Shown here piece after piece: positions 47,702-57,059 of a stretch of DNA of 64,000 nucleotides (within the stretch, counting starts at the first letter, position 1; each line of letters begins with the position of its first letter). The position numbers and the translations under genes were made by a program. Below the pieces are notes generated by a model. It did no database searches, was not told the DNA's origin, and saw nothing but the letters and a program-made list of their open reading frames with translations. The DNA lies in NCBI GenBank assembly GCA_035937795.1, contig DASZHO010000046.1, positions 936-64,935 of the forward strand, written 5' to 3'. Origin of the DNA: Vicinamibacterales bacterium. Lineage in GTDB: Bacteria > Acidobacteriota > Vicinamibacteria > Vicinamibacterales > JAMQPK01.

Positions 47702-47735
47702 GAAAATCCCGCGATCGGTGCCACAATGCCGCCCT

Positions 47736-48497
47736 ATGAAGCAGCTGTTTTCATCGGCCTGCGTTGCGGCGATTGTCTGCACCGGTCATGGCGCCTTCGC
47801 GCAGGACGTCACGCTCATTGCGCCCGGCGGCATGCGCTGCCCGATCGATCGGATGGCACCCGATTTTGACCGCAAGACCGGATACACGCTGAAAGCCACG
47901 ATCGGGGCAGGCGGCGCAACCCATCGGCAGGTTGTGCGCGGGGAACCGTTCGACGTGCCGATCGTTCAGCCGCCCTACCAGGACGTCATCGCGTCGGGCA
48001 ACGTCGTTGCCAGCACCGAAACGCCGCTCGCGACCGTCGCGGTCGTGGTCGTGGTGCGCAAGAACGATCCCAAACCCGATATTTCCACGCCCGAAGCCGT
48101 CAAGCGCATGCTGCGTGCAGCCAAGGCGATTTCGTATCCGGATGGAAACGGCGGGTTGGGCGGCGCCGCCGGCGTGAGCTTCGACGAGACGCAGAAGAAA
48201 CTCGGCATCTTCGAGGAAATGAAGCCGAAAGTGAAGCGCCTTCCAGGCGTCGGCCTCCTGAAGTTGCTCACCCAAGGCGACATCGACGTGGCCATCACGT
48301 TCGCCAGCGAGATCACCGACCCGGACGTCGCAGTGGTCGGGCCGCTGCCGCGCGAAATCTCAACGCCCACCTCGCTGGTGGGTTTCCTTTCCAGCCATGC
48401 AAAGTCTGCCGATGCCGCCAAAGCGCTCTTGAATTACCTCGCATCGGCCGACGGCGCCGCGGCATTCAGGGCCTGCGCGATGGAGCCGATTCGCTAG
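47736..48497 (+). CDS. Periplasmic substrate-binding protein (ModA/PBP2-like)
   Basis: ATG 47736 and a signal peptide. PBP2-like alternating pattern (VTLIAPGG...GYTLKATIGAGG...AISYPDGNGG...DVAITFASE). Confidence 0.6.
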   Translation: MKQLFSSACVAAIVCTGHGAFAQDVTLIAPGGMRCPIDRMAPDFDRKTGYTLKATIGAGGATHRQVVRGEPFDVPIVQPPYQDVIASGNVVASTETPLATVAVVVVVRKNDPKPDISTPEAVKRMLRAAKAISYPDGNGGLGGAAGVSFDETQKKLGIFEEMKPKVKRLPGVGLLKLLTQGDIDVAITFASEITDPDVAVVGPLPREISTPTSLVGFLSSHAKSADAAKALLNYLASADGAAAFRACAMEPIR

Positions 48498-48530
48498 AAA
48501 ATCAATGGCGTGGAGATATACTTGCGTCCC

Positions 48531-49100
48531 ATGAAAATCACGAGACTAACGAACGCGCGCAAACGATGTGAGTGGCTGCGGTGGTTGTCGCTGGCGGCCG
48601 CCTCGGTGGCGATCGCCTTCGGCCTGCTGGCTGTGCCGTCCGCGCAGGCTCCGGAGCAGGCGCCGGCTCCCGATCCATCCGATATCGCGGAAGGTATGAG
48701 GCTCTACTTGCAAAAGGCCAATTGCCAGGCCTGTCACGGATGGGCAGGAGATGGCCACAAGACCGACAATCAAATGCCGTACGGCGCGAATTTGCGCGAG
48801 ACCAAGCTCAACCGTGCGGGCCTGGCCATGACCATCAAGTGCGGGCGGCTCAACTCACAAATGCCGGCGTTCGATAAGTTCGCATACAGCGACGGGCGCT
48901 GCTACGGCAAGACCCAGGCCGACCTCGCGTCGTACGCGACCCGGATGCCCGACCCGCCCTCGACGCTGCAGCAGCGCGAGATCGACCTCATCCTCGACTT
49001 TCTGATGACGAAGGTCGTGGGCAAAGGTCCGATGGACCACGCCAAGTGCGTGGAATTCTGGGGCTCGGACGTCGACGCCTGCAAGGACGCTGCGAAATAA
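48531..49100 (+). CDS. Mono-haem c-type cytochrome
   Basis: ATG 48531, TM/signal sequence, CQACHGWAGDG. Confidence 0.75.
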   Translation: MKITRLTNARKRCEWLRWLSLAAASVAIAFGLLAVPSAQAPEQAPAPDPSDIAEGMRLYLQKANCQACHGWAGDGHKTDNQMPYGANLRETKLNRAGLAMTIKCGRLNSQMPAFDKFAYSDGRCYGKTQADLASYATRMPDPPSTLQQREIDLILDFLMTKVVGKGPMDHAKCVEFWGSDVDACKDAAK

Positions 49101-49107
49101 GCCGATC

Positions 49108-50868
49108 TCAATTCAGAGCAAAGACAAAGAGATAGCTCGAGTCCTGAAACTTGTCGTACTTCACCGGATGCAGGTGACGGCCGCCGGCCTGCACCGCGAG
49201 ATACTGCTTGGGTCCGATCGCGTACGTCACCGGCGCGCCCTTCAGCGCCGTGCCGACATTGAAGCGCCACAATTCCTCGAGCGTCTCGTCGTTGTACGCC
49301 ACGACCCATCCGTCCTGCAGCGCCGTGTAAACCACGCCGCCCGCCGTGTCCGTCGCGCCGGATCGAATTTCGATGTCGGTCACCGCCTTCGCGATGATCT
49401 TATGGTTGGTCGTATCGACGGCCGTGACCGCCCCGTAGTAGAGGTCGCTGCTGAAGGAGCGCTTTTGGCTGTTCTTGTCGTCGATGCCCCCGTCGGGCGA
49501 GAGGAACGCGGTGGCCGCGCCGTTTGCCGAGAAGCATCCCTCGATGCCCACTCCGTAGGCGATGTGCTTGACGGGGTTATAGGCGGTGGGCTGGTGGGCC
49601 ACGCCGCCGTGCCAGGTGGGGCAGGTCCGCTTCGTCCCGTCGCCGCGCAGCGCCCGCGCCTCGGGATTGTAGGTTTGCACGTCGAGCTTCGGATTGTACT
49701 CGAGCGGCTTGCCGCTCTCCTGATCGATCCCTTTGGTCCAGTTCAGATCGTTGACGTACTGCGTCGCCTTGATGAACCTGCCGTTGGTGCGATCCAGCGT
49801 GTAGAAGAACCCGTTGCGACCGAAATGGCTGACGACCTTGCGGGTTTGGCCGTTGATCGTCGTGTCGTAGAGCATGTGGATGCCGATCTCGTCGTAGTCC
49901 CACGAATCGTTCGGCGTGTATTGGAAATACCAGGCCAGCTTCCCGGTGTCGATGTTCAGCGCGACAACCGAATTCGTGTAGAGGTTGTCGCCGGGACGCG
50001 ACTGCGGATCGTATGACGGTACCGGATTGCCCGTGCCCCAGATGGTGAGTCTCGTCGCGGGATCGTAAGAGCCCGTCTGCCAGAGGCCGCCGCCGCCAGT
50101 CTTCCAAGCGTTGGTTTTGTCTTTCCAGGTCTCGCTCCCCGGATCTCCCGGCTTGGGTATGGCGTACCACCGCCACAACTCCTTGCCGGTTCTCGCCTCG
50201 AGGGCTGCGACCCAGCCGCGGGTCTTGCCGTCGCCCGCGCCATTGGCGATGATGATTTTGTCTTCAACCGTAATCGGCGCCGTAAAGAACCGTTCCCGGC
50301 TGCCAAACTCGTTGGTCACGGCCACCATCCTGTCCCACACGATCTCGCCGTTATCGCGCTTGATCGCAATAACGCGGCCGTCGGGCAGGTTGGCGATGAC
50401 CAGGTCTTCCCACAACGCGATGCCGCGTGTGCGTGGCGCGTTGCCCTGGTGCTTCACGCCGGGGTCGGTGACCCAGACGAACTGGCCCTTGTTCGGGTCG
50501 CGGGCGTCTATCTTGTAAATGGTTCCCCAGCCGTCGGTCGTGTACATGAAGCCGTTGTCAATCAGCGGATTGACTTCGTTTTCCGGGCCGTTCTGACCGA
50601 CGTCCTGCATGCCGCCGAGCGCGAGGGCCCAGACCATCCGGAGGTTCTTCACGTTCTCGCGGTTGATCTGGGATAGCTTCGAGTAGCGGGTCGAGCCGTA
50701 GTCGCCGTTCATCATCAGCCAGTTCTGCGGCTCGTTCTGCGCGTTGATCAGACGGTCCCGGTTGACCGTCATGGTGTACTGGGCGGCGAGTGTCGCCGCA
50801 CCAAGCGCAACAGCCGCGACGCCGGCGAGAGCCGCGATTTTCAATGATTTCCGCGATGCAGGTCGCAT
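49108..50868 (-). CDS. PQQ-dependent dehydrogenase, methanol/ethanol family (XoxF/PedH-like, DYD motif)
   Basis: ATG 50868 with AGGAGA upstream, and a signal peptide. Eight-bladed propeller sequence including WDYDE (W-D-Y-D at 49891-49902) and GTGNPVPSYD. Only two Cys residues in the protein, not adjacent. Confidence 0.8.
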   Translation of the reverse strand: MRPASRKSLKIAALAGVAAVALGAATLAAQYTMTVNRDRLINAQNEPQNWLMMNGDYGSTRYSKLSQINRENVKNLRMVWALALGGMQDVGQNGPENEVNPLIDNGFMYTTDGWGTIYKIDARDPNKGQFVWVTDPGVKHQGNAPRTRGIALWEDLVIANLPDGRVIAIKRDNGEIVWDRMVAVTNEFGSRERFFTAPITVEDKIIIANGAGDGKTRGWVAALEARTGKELWRWYAIPKPGDPGSETWKDKTNAWKTGGGGLWQTGSYDPATRLTIWGTGNPVPSYDPQSRPGDNLYTNSVVALNIDTGKLAWYFQYTPNDSWDYDEIGIHMLYDTTINGQTRKVVSHFGRNGFFYTLDRTNGRFIKATQYVNDLNWTKGIDQESGKPLEYNPKLDVQTYNPEARALRGDGTKRTCPTWHGGVAHQPTAYNPVKHIAYGVGIEGCFSANGAATAFLSPDGGIDDKNSQKRSFSSDLYYGAVTAVDTTNHKIIAKAVTDIEIRSGATDTAGGVVYTALQDGWVVAYNDETLEELWRFNVGTALKGAPVTYAIGPKQYLAVQAGGRHLHPVKYDKFQDSSYLFVFALN

Positions 50869-50949
50869 GAACCCTCTCCTTGGATGTGGTGTGTGGGGCC
50901 ACATTAGTGGAAATGAGCGGGACCATCAAGGCCAAAGGTAAGATAGCTC

Positions 50950-51318
50950 GTGCGCCAGGGCGGCAACGGGAATACGGTCTATTCCACGGGGATTGGAAAG
51001 ATCTGTCCGGGCTGCGGCTGGCCCGCGCGCGACTGCAAGTGCAGCCGCAAGACCGGCCTCGACGAAGCCCTGCCCAGGCGGATCACGGCAAAGCTGCGCG
51101 TGGAGAAGAAAGGCCGCGGCGGGAAGGTCGTCACCGTCATCTACGACCTGCCACGAAACGCGGCGTTTTTGAAGGAACTGACGCAGGAGCTCAAGCGCTC
51201 GTGCGGCACCGGCGGCGCCCCCGGTAAAGACGCCGAAGACGCCATCGAGCTGCAGGGCGACCTTCGCGACCGCGTGCGCGAGCTCCTGCTGAAGAAGGGC
51301 TTCCTCGTCAAGGGCTAA
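50950..51318 (+). CDS. yciH: SUI1/YciH-family translation initiation factor-like protein
   Basis: CPGCGWPARDCKC knuckle followed by the SUI1 core RVEKKGRGGKVVTVIYDL...LKELTQELKRSCGTGG...IELQGD. Confidence 0.85.
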   Translation: MRQGGNGNTVYSTGIGKICPGCGWPARDCKCSRKTGLDEALPRRITAKLRVEKKGRGGKVVTVIYDLPRNAAFLKELTQELKRSCGTGGAPGKDAEDAIELQGDLRDRVRELLLKKGFLVKG

Positions 51319-51412
51319 TCGTCGACGTCGTTGGCATGCGCGCGCTCCACGCGCTTTCCGCGGCGGGTCGATCGTCAGCGGATTGCGAAGAGGGCACCGA
51401 ACCGCGAGGGCG

Positions 51413-51796
51413 TCAGCGCTGACTCACCTGCATCGATGCGTCAAGCACGAGCGTGGGCCAGCCGGCTCTGTTCGCATCGTCCGGCGTGGCGGTGGCCGTG
51501 AACGACCGGCTTCCGTCCGGAGAAACGGCGAATGTGTATCCGCGCTGCGGAGTTCCGATAGACGGCGGGCCATCCTGCTGAAGTTGCTCCAGCGTGCCAT
51601 AGGCGCTGTGCGCGACGACGTACTGCTTTTCCGCCTGGCCGATGACGAGCAGCTGGCTCTTGATGCCGATGACGTCGATCTGTTCCTGAGGAGGCGTGCG
51701 GTCGAACCCGGCTCTCGTGAAATAGGCGTGATAGACGAAGTATCCGCCGCCGAGAGCGACCAGAAGTCCGAGGATGGAGAACATTCGCATGTTCAT
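51413..51796 (-). CDS. Membrane-anchored hypothetical protein
   Basis: 127-aa ORF with an N-terminal TM helix MFSILGLLVALGGGYFVY followed by a soluble domain. No motif recognised. Confidence 0.55.
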   Translation of the reverse strand: MNMRMFSILGLLVALGGGYFVYHAYFTRAGFDRTPPQEQIDVIGIKSQLLVIGQAEKQYVVAHSAYGTLEQLQQDGPPSIGTPQRGYTFAVSPDGSRSFTATATPDDANRAGWPTLVLDASMQVSQR

Positions 51797-51860
51797 GTTA
51801 TCGGCGGCTCCTGACCGGAACTTAATCGGGCAGCCGACCGGCGCAGAGGGGGCCGGGAGG

Positions 51861-52754
51861 TTAGTTGGTAGTGACGGGGGAATTACCGCCGGGCGCTTTC
51901 GGCACGCTGAACACGAAGGCGCAGCCGCCTGCGCTGGTGCGGCGCGCCTCGAAATGGCCGCCGTGAAGCTGCGCGATGCGCCTGGTTGCGTTCAGTGCGA
52001 CGGCCGTCACGCGGCAACTCCGATCGGCGGCTTCCAGGTCGAACATTCCCAGAAGCTGCTGCGGCCCGATGGCCGCCGCGTCCTGCCGGAATTCACAGTG
52101 GACACTGTCACCCGACGCGAACGCCGAGACGTGAATGTCTCCCGGCAAGCCATTGGTCTCAATCAGGGAAATCGCTGCGCCGGCGCACGCCCGCACCGCC
52201 GTCCGCAGAAGCCCGCCATCGCCGCGAACCGGAAGAGGCACGCCCGGCAGATCCAGCACCAGTGTTGATTCGGTCAGGCGCAATTCTTCCTTGAGATCCG
52301 TGAAGCCGTCGCGGATCAGCTCATCGAAACGCAGGTCGCGCCGAAGCGGGTGCGGATCTTCCAGGAGAACCCGCAGCTGCTGGGCGTATCGAACGCCGCG
52401 CTGCACCCCGATCCTGGCCAGCGCCAGGCCCAGACGCTCGCGCAACGGCCGCGCGCCTTGATCGAGAAGGTTGAAGCAGGAGGCCAGGCCCTCGAATTCC
52501 TGGCAGATGTCGCGCAGCGCCGCCGATGTTTGTACGGTAACGAACGAGGCGGAAGGGTGGTCCAATGCGGTCCGTGCGTGCGTCGACTGCGCCGCCAGCT
52601 CTTCCACGTAGTGTGCGTCGTGCCGCATCTGGTACTCGCTCGGCAGGCCTTGTCGCAGGGCTCGGGGCTTCGACGGCGACTTGATGCTTTCGAGCAGCTC
52701 GCTGAAATTATCTTCTGGAAGCGTTACCGGGTTCGGCTCGGCCGTTTCAGACAT
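51861..52754 (-). CDS. Histidine-kinase-like ATPase-domain protein (degenerate; no TM, no clear H-box)
   Basis: Start at ATG 52754 (MSETAEPNPV); the 27 codons upstream only translate the heptamer array. The C-terminus RIAQLHGGHFEARRTSAGGCAFVFSVPK resembles the HATPase_c G2/G3 region. Confidence 0.45.
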   Translation of the reverse strand: MSETAEPNPVTLPEDNFSELLESIKSPSKPRALRQGLPSEYQMRHDAHYVEELAAQSTHARTALDHPSASFVTVQTSAALRDICQEFEGLASCFNLLDQGARPLRERLGLALARIGVQRGVRYAQQLRVLLEDPHPLRRDLRFDELIRDGFTDLKEELRLTESTLVLDLPGVPLPVRGDGGLLRTAVRACAGAAISLIETNGLPGDIHVSAFASGDSVHCEFRQDAAAIGPQQLLGMFDLEAADRSCRVTAVALNATRRIAQLHGGHFEARRTSAGGCAFVFSVPKAPGGNSPVTTN

Positions 52755-52784
52755 CGTGCGCGCATGATAGTACGAAAACTTCTT

Positions 52785-52875
52785 ACTTTCTACCGTTACT
52801 TCTACCTTTTCCACTTTTAACTTTCCAGTTTCCACTTTCCACTTTTAACTTTCCCCTTTTAACTTTCCACTTTCG
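52785..52875 (+). repeat. Heptanucleotide tandem array A (ACTTTCC-type, about 13 units)
   Basis: Nine units in perfect phase from 52813 to 52875 (ACTTTTA ACTTTCC AGTTTCC ACTTTCC ACTTTTA ACTTTCC CCTTTTA ACTTTCC ACTTTCG). Upstream units have 6-bp variants and a 2-bp insertion. Confidence 0.9.
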
Positions 52876-53381
52876 TAGTACCGCTTGTACATTCCGCGGC
52901 GAAACAGCCATCCCCCCAGCGGTCCCAGCCATTTCAGCACGTGGTACATGTATCCGAGGTCCATGATCTCGATGAGATTGCCGTCGAAGTCCTTTGCGAA
53001 AAAAAATGTGTGACCACGCGGCGATCGTTCCGGCCTGCCGAGGCAGTCGACGCCTTTGCTGACGAGGTAGTCGTACCACTTCTGGGTGTTTTTGACATTG
53101 AAGCTGATGTGCGTCAGGCCGACGCGGTTCCACGGAGGGGCGGCCGCCGGGCGGTCCGGCTTGAAGTCAAAGATTTCGAGCACGCCGCCGCCCGGCACGC
53201 GAATCCAGCCAATCTTGCAGCTCGGGTGCTCGCTGTCGACGCCGAAGAACGTGCGGACCCTGTCGGGCGGCGTGTCGGCAACGCCCACCAACGAACACCC
53301 GAAGACGTCAGAGTAGAACCGCACCGCCTTGTTGAAGTCCGACACCGTGATGCCGGCATGGCTAAGCGATCGAGCTCTCAT
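52845..53381 (-). CDS. VOC-family (glyoxalase/bleomycin-resistance fold) protein
   Basis: Start at the internal ATG 53381, forming an ATGA overlap with the M16 stop. LSHAGITVSDFNKAVRFYSDVFG...THISFNV...FFFAKDFDGNLIEI. The last ~9 codons (ESGKLKGES) lie in array A. Confidence 0.8.
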   Translation of the reverse strand: MRARSLSHAGITVSDFNKAVRFYSDVFGCSLVGVADTPPDRVRTFFGVDSEHPSCKIGWIRVPGGGVLEIFDFKPDRPAAAPPWNRVGLTHISFNVKNTQKWYDYLVSKGVDCLGRPERSPRGHTFFFAKDFDGNLIEIMDLGYMYHVLKWLGPLGGWLFRRGMYKRYYESGKLKGES

Positions 53382-56224
53382 TGGTATGCTTTCGCGGCCT
53401 TGAAGTCGCCTCCTTTCACGATGGACACGGCGGCCGTGTTGATGTGACGGCGGAAGGCGGCGTTGATCTGCTCCAGGCTCAGCGCTGCCAGCTTCCCGTC
53501 CAGTTGCTCGTCCCACGCCAGGGTGCGGCCGTACAGCTCACGTGAAGAGATCAGGTTGAGCAGGCCGGCGTCGCTCGATCGCGCTCCGACCCGGCTGTCC
53601 TGGATCGCCTTCTTCGCCGCCGCGAGCTCGGAGGCGGTGAACCCGTCTCGAAGCGTACTGGTCAGCTCGTCCATGAAGCTCGCTTCAACTTTAGGAATGT
53701 TGGCGGGGTTGGCGATGGCCGAAGCCGAAAACACCGCCGCGTCCCCTTCGACTGGCGCGGCAAAACTCGACGACACCCCGTAGCTCAGACCTTCGCGATT
53801 CCGCACCCGGTCAGGCAGGCGCGAGCTCAGCCCGCCCCCGCCGAACATGTAGTTCGCCATGACCATGGCGGGATAATCCGGGTCGCTGTCCCGCATACGA
53901 AGACGCAAGCCGGCGGAAAATTGCGCGTTCTCCTTGTCGGGCGTTTCAATCTTCGTATTGATCGGCCCCGCGTCCTGGTAGGTGTTGACGATGCGCGCGT
54001 ACGGGCTCGGGCTCTTCCAGGACGCGAGCAGGTCGGCGGCGGCGTTCTTGACGGCTGTCTGGTCGAACTTGCCGACGACGATGAGATCGCCCTGCGAAGC
54101 GCCGTAGAACTGCTCATGGAATTTCCTCACGTCGTCCAATGTCAGGTTGGTGAGATCCTCGATTTCTTCGTCGATCGTGCGGACGTGGCGGACGTCGCTT
54201 CGGGGGAAGGGGCTGAGATGGGCTTGAAGAGCCTGCGCCACAAGGATCCCGGGCTCAGTCCGGCCGCGTTCGATCTGCGCGATCTGCTGCTGGCGAATTT
54301 GCTCGAAGTCTGCGGCGGCGAATGCCGGTTCGCGGAGAATTTCCACCGCGAGCCGCAAAGCCGGAACAAGGTTGTCCGACGTGGTTGAAATCGATGCCGT
54401 CACGCTGCCGAGCGCCGCGTCCGCCGATCCCCCGCGCCCGCCGCCTCCACCGACGGTGATGGTCGCATTCAGTTTCTGCATCTCGTCCTGAATCTGCTGC
54501 CGCGATCGATTCTTCGTTCCTCGCATCAGCAGCGCGTCGGCCATCTGGGCTGCTGCGTTCCGGCCGGCGAGCGACCGCTCATCGCCAAAGCGAAGGGTCA
54601 GAGACGCTTGCGCGCGGCTTCCTCTCGTGCCCTTGGGCAGCAGCGCCAGACGGAATCCGCCGGCACGCGCGCCAGGCCCCGGAAGCCCGCCAAGAGTCGT
54701 CCGCTGAATTCTCTTTTCGAGGCTGCCCGGCGACGGATCCAGCGCCTCGCCGGCGTCGAGATGGATTTCAGGGGTGTAGGACTTCAAGAGCGTTTCGATA
54801 CCGGGCGCGTCGGGTACCGTTGTGCGGTCGGGCGCCGGTTCGGGAATGAACATGCCCACGGTCCGGTTCGAATCCTTGAAATACTGCCGCACGACACGCG
54901 TGACGTCGTCCGGAGTCACGCGTTTGATCTCTTCGTAGTTCGTGAACAGGAGCCGCCAGTCGCCTGCAGCGATCACCTCGTTCAACTGCATCGCGAGTTG
55001 CTGCGAGTTGGCCATCGACCGGTCCATGCCCTGGATGATCCTGGTACGCGCTCGATCGATCTCCTCCATTGTGGGCGCCTCGTGCGCGAGGCCGGCGATC
55101 GTGTCGATGATGACTTTCTTCACCTCGTCGAGCGACTGGTCGTTGCTGAGCGTTGCGGAGACGAGGACGACCCCGGGATCGTGGAGCTCCTCCATCGACA
55201 CCGCGACCGACAGCGCCTTCTTGCTGTCGACGAGCGCCTTGTCGAGGCGGCCGGTCCCGCCTCTTCGGGCCAGAATGCCGGCCGTGACTTCGAGCGCGGC
55301 CGCGTCCGGATGCGCCATCGCTGGTGCGTGGTACGCAATGATGAGGTTCTTGCCCCTGCCGACGCGGCGAAGCTCAACCGTGCGCTCGCCGTCCTGCGGC
55401 GGTTCGGTCGTGTAGGGTTCGTCCAGCGTCCGGGCCGGACGCGGAATGGCGCCCAGCGTGCGCGCCACCGCGGCAAGCGTCGCAGCTGAATCGATCTGCC
55501 CCGCGATCGTCACGACGGCGTTATCCGGCTGGTAGTACTTGTGGTAGAACGCGGCGAGACGGTCGATCGGCACGCGCTCTATGTCGGCGCGCGAGCCAAT
55601 CGTCGACTTACCGTAGTTGTGCCAGAGGTAGGCGGTGGAGAGCACGCGTTCTTCCAGGACGCCGGCGACGCTGTTTTCACCACGCTCGAACTCGTTGCGA
55701 ACCACGGTCATCTCTGTGTCGAGCAACGCTTTCTCGATGCGCATGTTCACCATGCGCTCGGCTTCGAGGTCCAGCGCCCACTGCAGGTTGTCCTCCGACG
55801 CGTTCACGGTCTCGAAATAGTTCGTGCGGTCGTAATACGTCGTGCCGTTCCAGCGGGCGCCGTGGTCCTGCAGTTCCTTCTTGATGTTGCGGCCGTGCGT
55901 GCTCGCAATGAAGTTCATGTGTTCGAGCAGATGCGCCATGCCCGTCTCGCCGTAGCCTTCGTGGCGCGAGCCGACCAGATAGGTGACGTTGATCGTGATC
56001 GTGCTGCTGCCGGAGTCTGGAAGGAGCAGGACCCTCAGACCGTTCGAATAGGTGTATTGGGTGATTCCCGCCAGACTGCCGCCCTTTTGAACCCCCTGAG
56101 GAAGGGTCTGAGCGGCGGCGATCCAGCCGCTGAAGACCGCGGCCGCCGACAGTGTCAAAAGGCCGTAGCGGAATCGGGTCGGGCGCGGCAGGCTGCGGCG
56201 CGCGCGGGTGGTAGAGGTAGTCAC
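53378..56224 (-). CDS. M16-family (pitrilysin/insulinase) zinc peptidase, fused double-module form
   Basis: 948-aa ORF with a signal sequence. Inverted zinc motif HLLEH in GMAHLLEHMNF. A second M16-like half follows. Confidence 0.85.
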   Translation of the reverse strand: MTTSTTRARRSLPRPTRFRYGLLTLSAAAVFSGWIAAAQTLPQGVQKGGSLAGITQYTYSNGLRVLLLPDSGSSTITINVTYLVGSRHEGYGETGMAHLLEHMNFIASTHGRNIKKELQDHGARWNGTTYYDRTNYFETVNASEDNLQWALDLEAERMVNMRIEKALLDTEMTVVRNEFERGENSVAGVLEERVLSTAYLWHNYGKSTIGSRADIERVPIDRLAAFYHKYYQPDNAVVTIAGQIDSAATLAAVARTLGAIPRPARTLDEPYTTEPPQDGERTVELRRVGRGKNLIIAYHAPAMAHPDAAALEVTAGILARRGGTGRLDKALVDSKKALSVAVSMEELHDPGVVLVSATLSNDQSLDEVKKVIIDTIAGLAHEAPTMEEIDRARTRIIQGMDRSMANSQQLAMQLNEVIAAGDWRLLFTNYEEIKRVTPDDVTRVVRQYFKDSNRTVGMFIPEPAPDRTTVPDAPGIETLLKSYTPEIHLDAGEALDPSPGSLEKRIQRTTLGGLPGPGARAGGFRLALLPKGTRGSRAQASLTLRFGDERSLAGRNAAAQMADALLMRGTKNRSRQQIQDEMQKLNATITVGGGGGRGGSADAALGSVTASISTTSDNLVPALRLAVEILREPAFAAADFEQIRQQQIAQIERGRTEPGILVAQALQAHLSPFPRSDVRHVRTIDEEIEDLTNLTLDDVRKFHEQFYGASQGDLIVVGKFDQTAVKNAAADLLASWKSPSPYARIVNTYQDAGPINTKIETPDKENAQFSAGLRLRMRDSDPDYPAMVMANYMFGGGGLSSRLPDRVRNREGLSYGVSSSFAAPVEGDAAVFSASAIANPANIPKVEASFMDELTSTLRDGFTASELAAAKKAIQDSRVGARSSDAGLLNLISSRELYGRTLAWDEQLDGKLAALSLEQINAAFRRHINTAAVSIVKGGDFKAAKAYQ

Positions 56225-56403
56225 GGGATGGTTCTCCTTGCTTGATCGATTGCTTCAGCGGTTACCAGTCTACTTTGATAAGTCTGCCTGGAGCTGATCA
56301 CATCATCACGCTCGGCTGGCGCGGAAAGGGCGACTGCAGCGTGCGACAGCAAGGCCCAACCAAGTATCTTCAAGATTAAGGCTTGCCTGAGCTGTCGTGC
56401 TCC

Positions 56404-56835
56404 TTATGGGAGCAATTCAAGTGCGCGTGTGAGCCCCGGGCCGACGCGAATTGCGCTGAAGTCACGTCGATCAGTCGTCAGAACTCGATAGACCTGTCGT
56501 CGTTCAACGACAGCGGCCACTGTCCCATCGACCAGTCCCAAACTGAGATTATTGAATTTCGCGTCGAGTTCAAGCGCACGAGCAATGTCAGAAGAAAGGG
56601 GCACCTCATAGTCGTAGCTGGTTCCCGGGTCGAAAATCTCAGCGACTAGTTTGCGCATAGCGGCCCGGTCCTCTCGAAGAAAGTAGTCGACCTCCGCGAG
56701 AACGAGCCCAGGTACGATGACGAGGCTCGCAGAGGTCAAGACTGCTTCGTAGTCTGGAAAGCTCGGTCTATTGTCTGCCGCGCGGGCGAGCGCTCGGAGG
56801 AGCCCTCCGGTGTCAGCGACGATGGGAGGACTCAA
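56404..56835 (-). CDS. vapC: PIN-domain toxin (VapC)
   Basis: IVADTGGLLRAL...LVLAEVDYFL...DGTVAAVVERRQVYRVLTTDRRDF. 4-nt overlap with the upstream antitoxin gene. Confidence 0.75.
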   Translation of the reverse strand: MSPPIVADTGGLLRALARAADNRPSFPDYEAVLTSASLVIVPGLVLAEVDYFLREDRAAMRKLVAEIFDPGTSYDYEVPLSSDIARALELDAKFNNLSLGLVDGTVAAVVERRQVYRVLTTDRRDFSAIRVGPGLTRALELLP

Positions 56836-57059
56836 CCCTTAAGATCCCGGAACAGCTCGGACTCATCTCCCAGCTTGGTGTCTGTGGATTCAAAGAGCCG
56901 CGTCGAGGGGGGTCGCCGTCCCGTGTAGTACCGCGAGGCTACGATGCGCAGACCCTTCCGAACGAGCTCAGATGCGGAGTGCCCCGCCGCCCTGGCTCGC
57001 TTCAAGGCCCGCACATCCGCTTGATCTAGGCGAATCGTGGTCGAAATCAGTCGTGCCAT
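56832..57059 (-). CDS. vapB: Ribbon-helix-helix (CopG-like) antitoxin (VapB)
   Basis: Start at the internal ATG 57059 (MARLISTTIRLDQADVRALKRARAAGHSASELVRKGL). Confidence 0.7.
   Translation of the reverse strand: MARLISTTIRLDQADVRALKRARAAGHSASELVRKGLRIVASRYYTGRRPPSTRLFESTDTKLGDESELFRDLKG

Noticed and set aside
49168-50016. + ORF of 282 aa
   Set aside because: Antisense to the PQQ dehydrogenase.
54865-54875. tRNA T-arm-like GGTTCGAATCC (also GGTTCGATTCC at 1102-1112)
   Set aside because: Both lie inside well-supported CDSs, and no acceptor or anticodon stems can be drawn around them.
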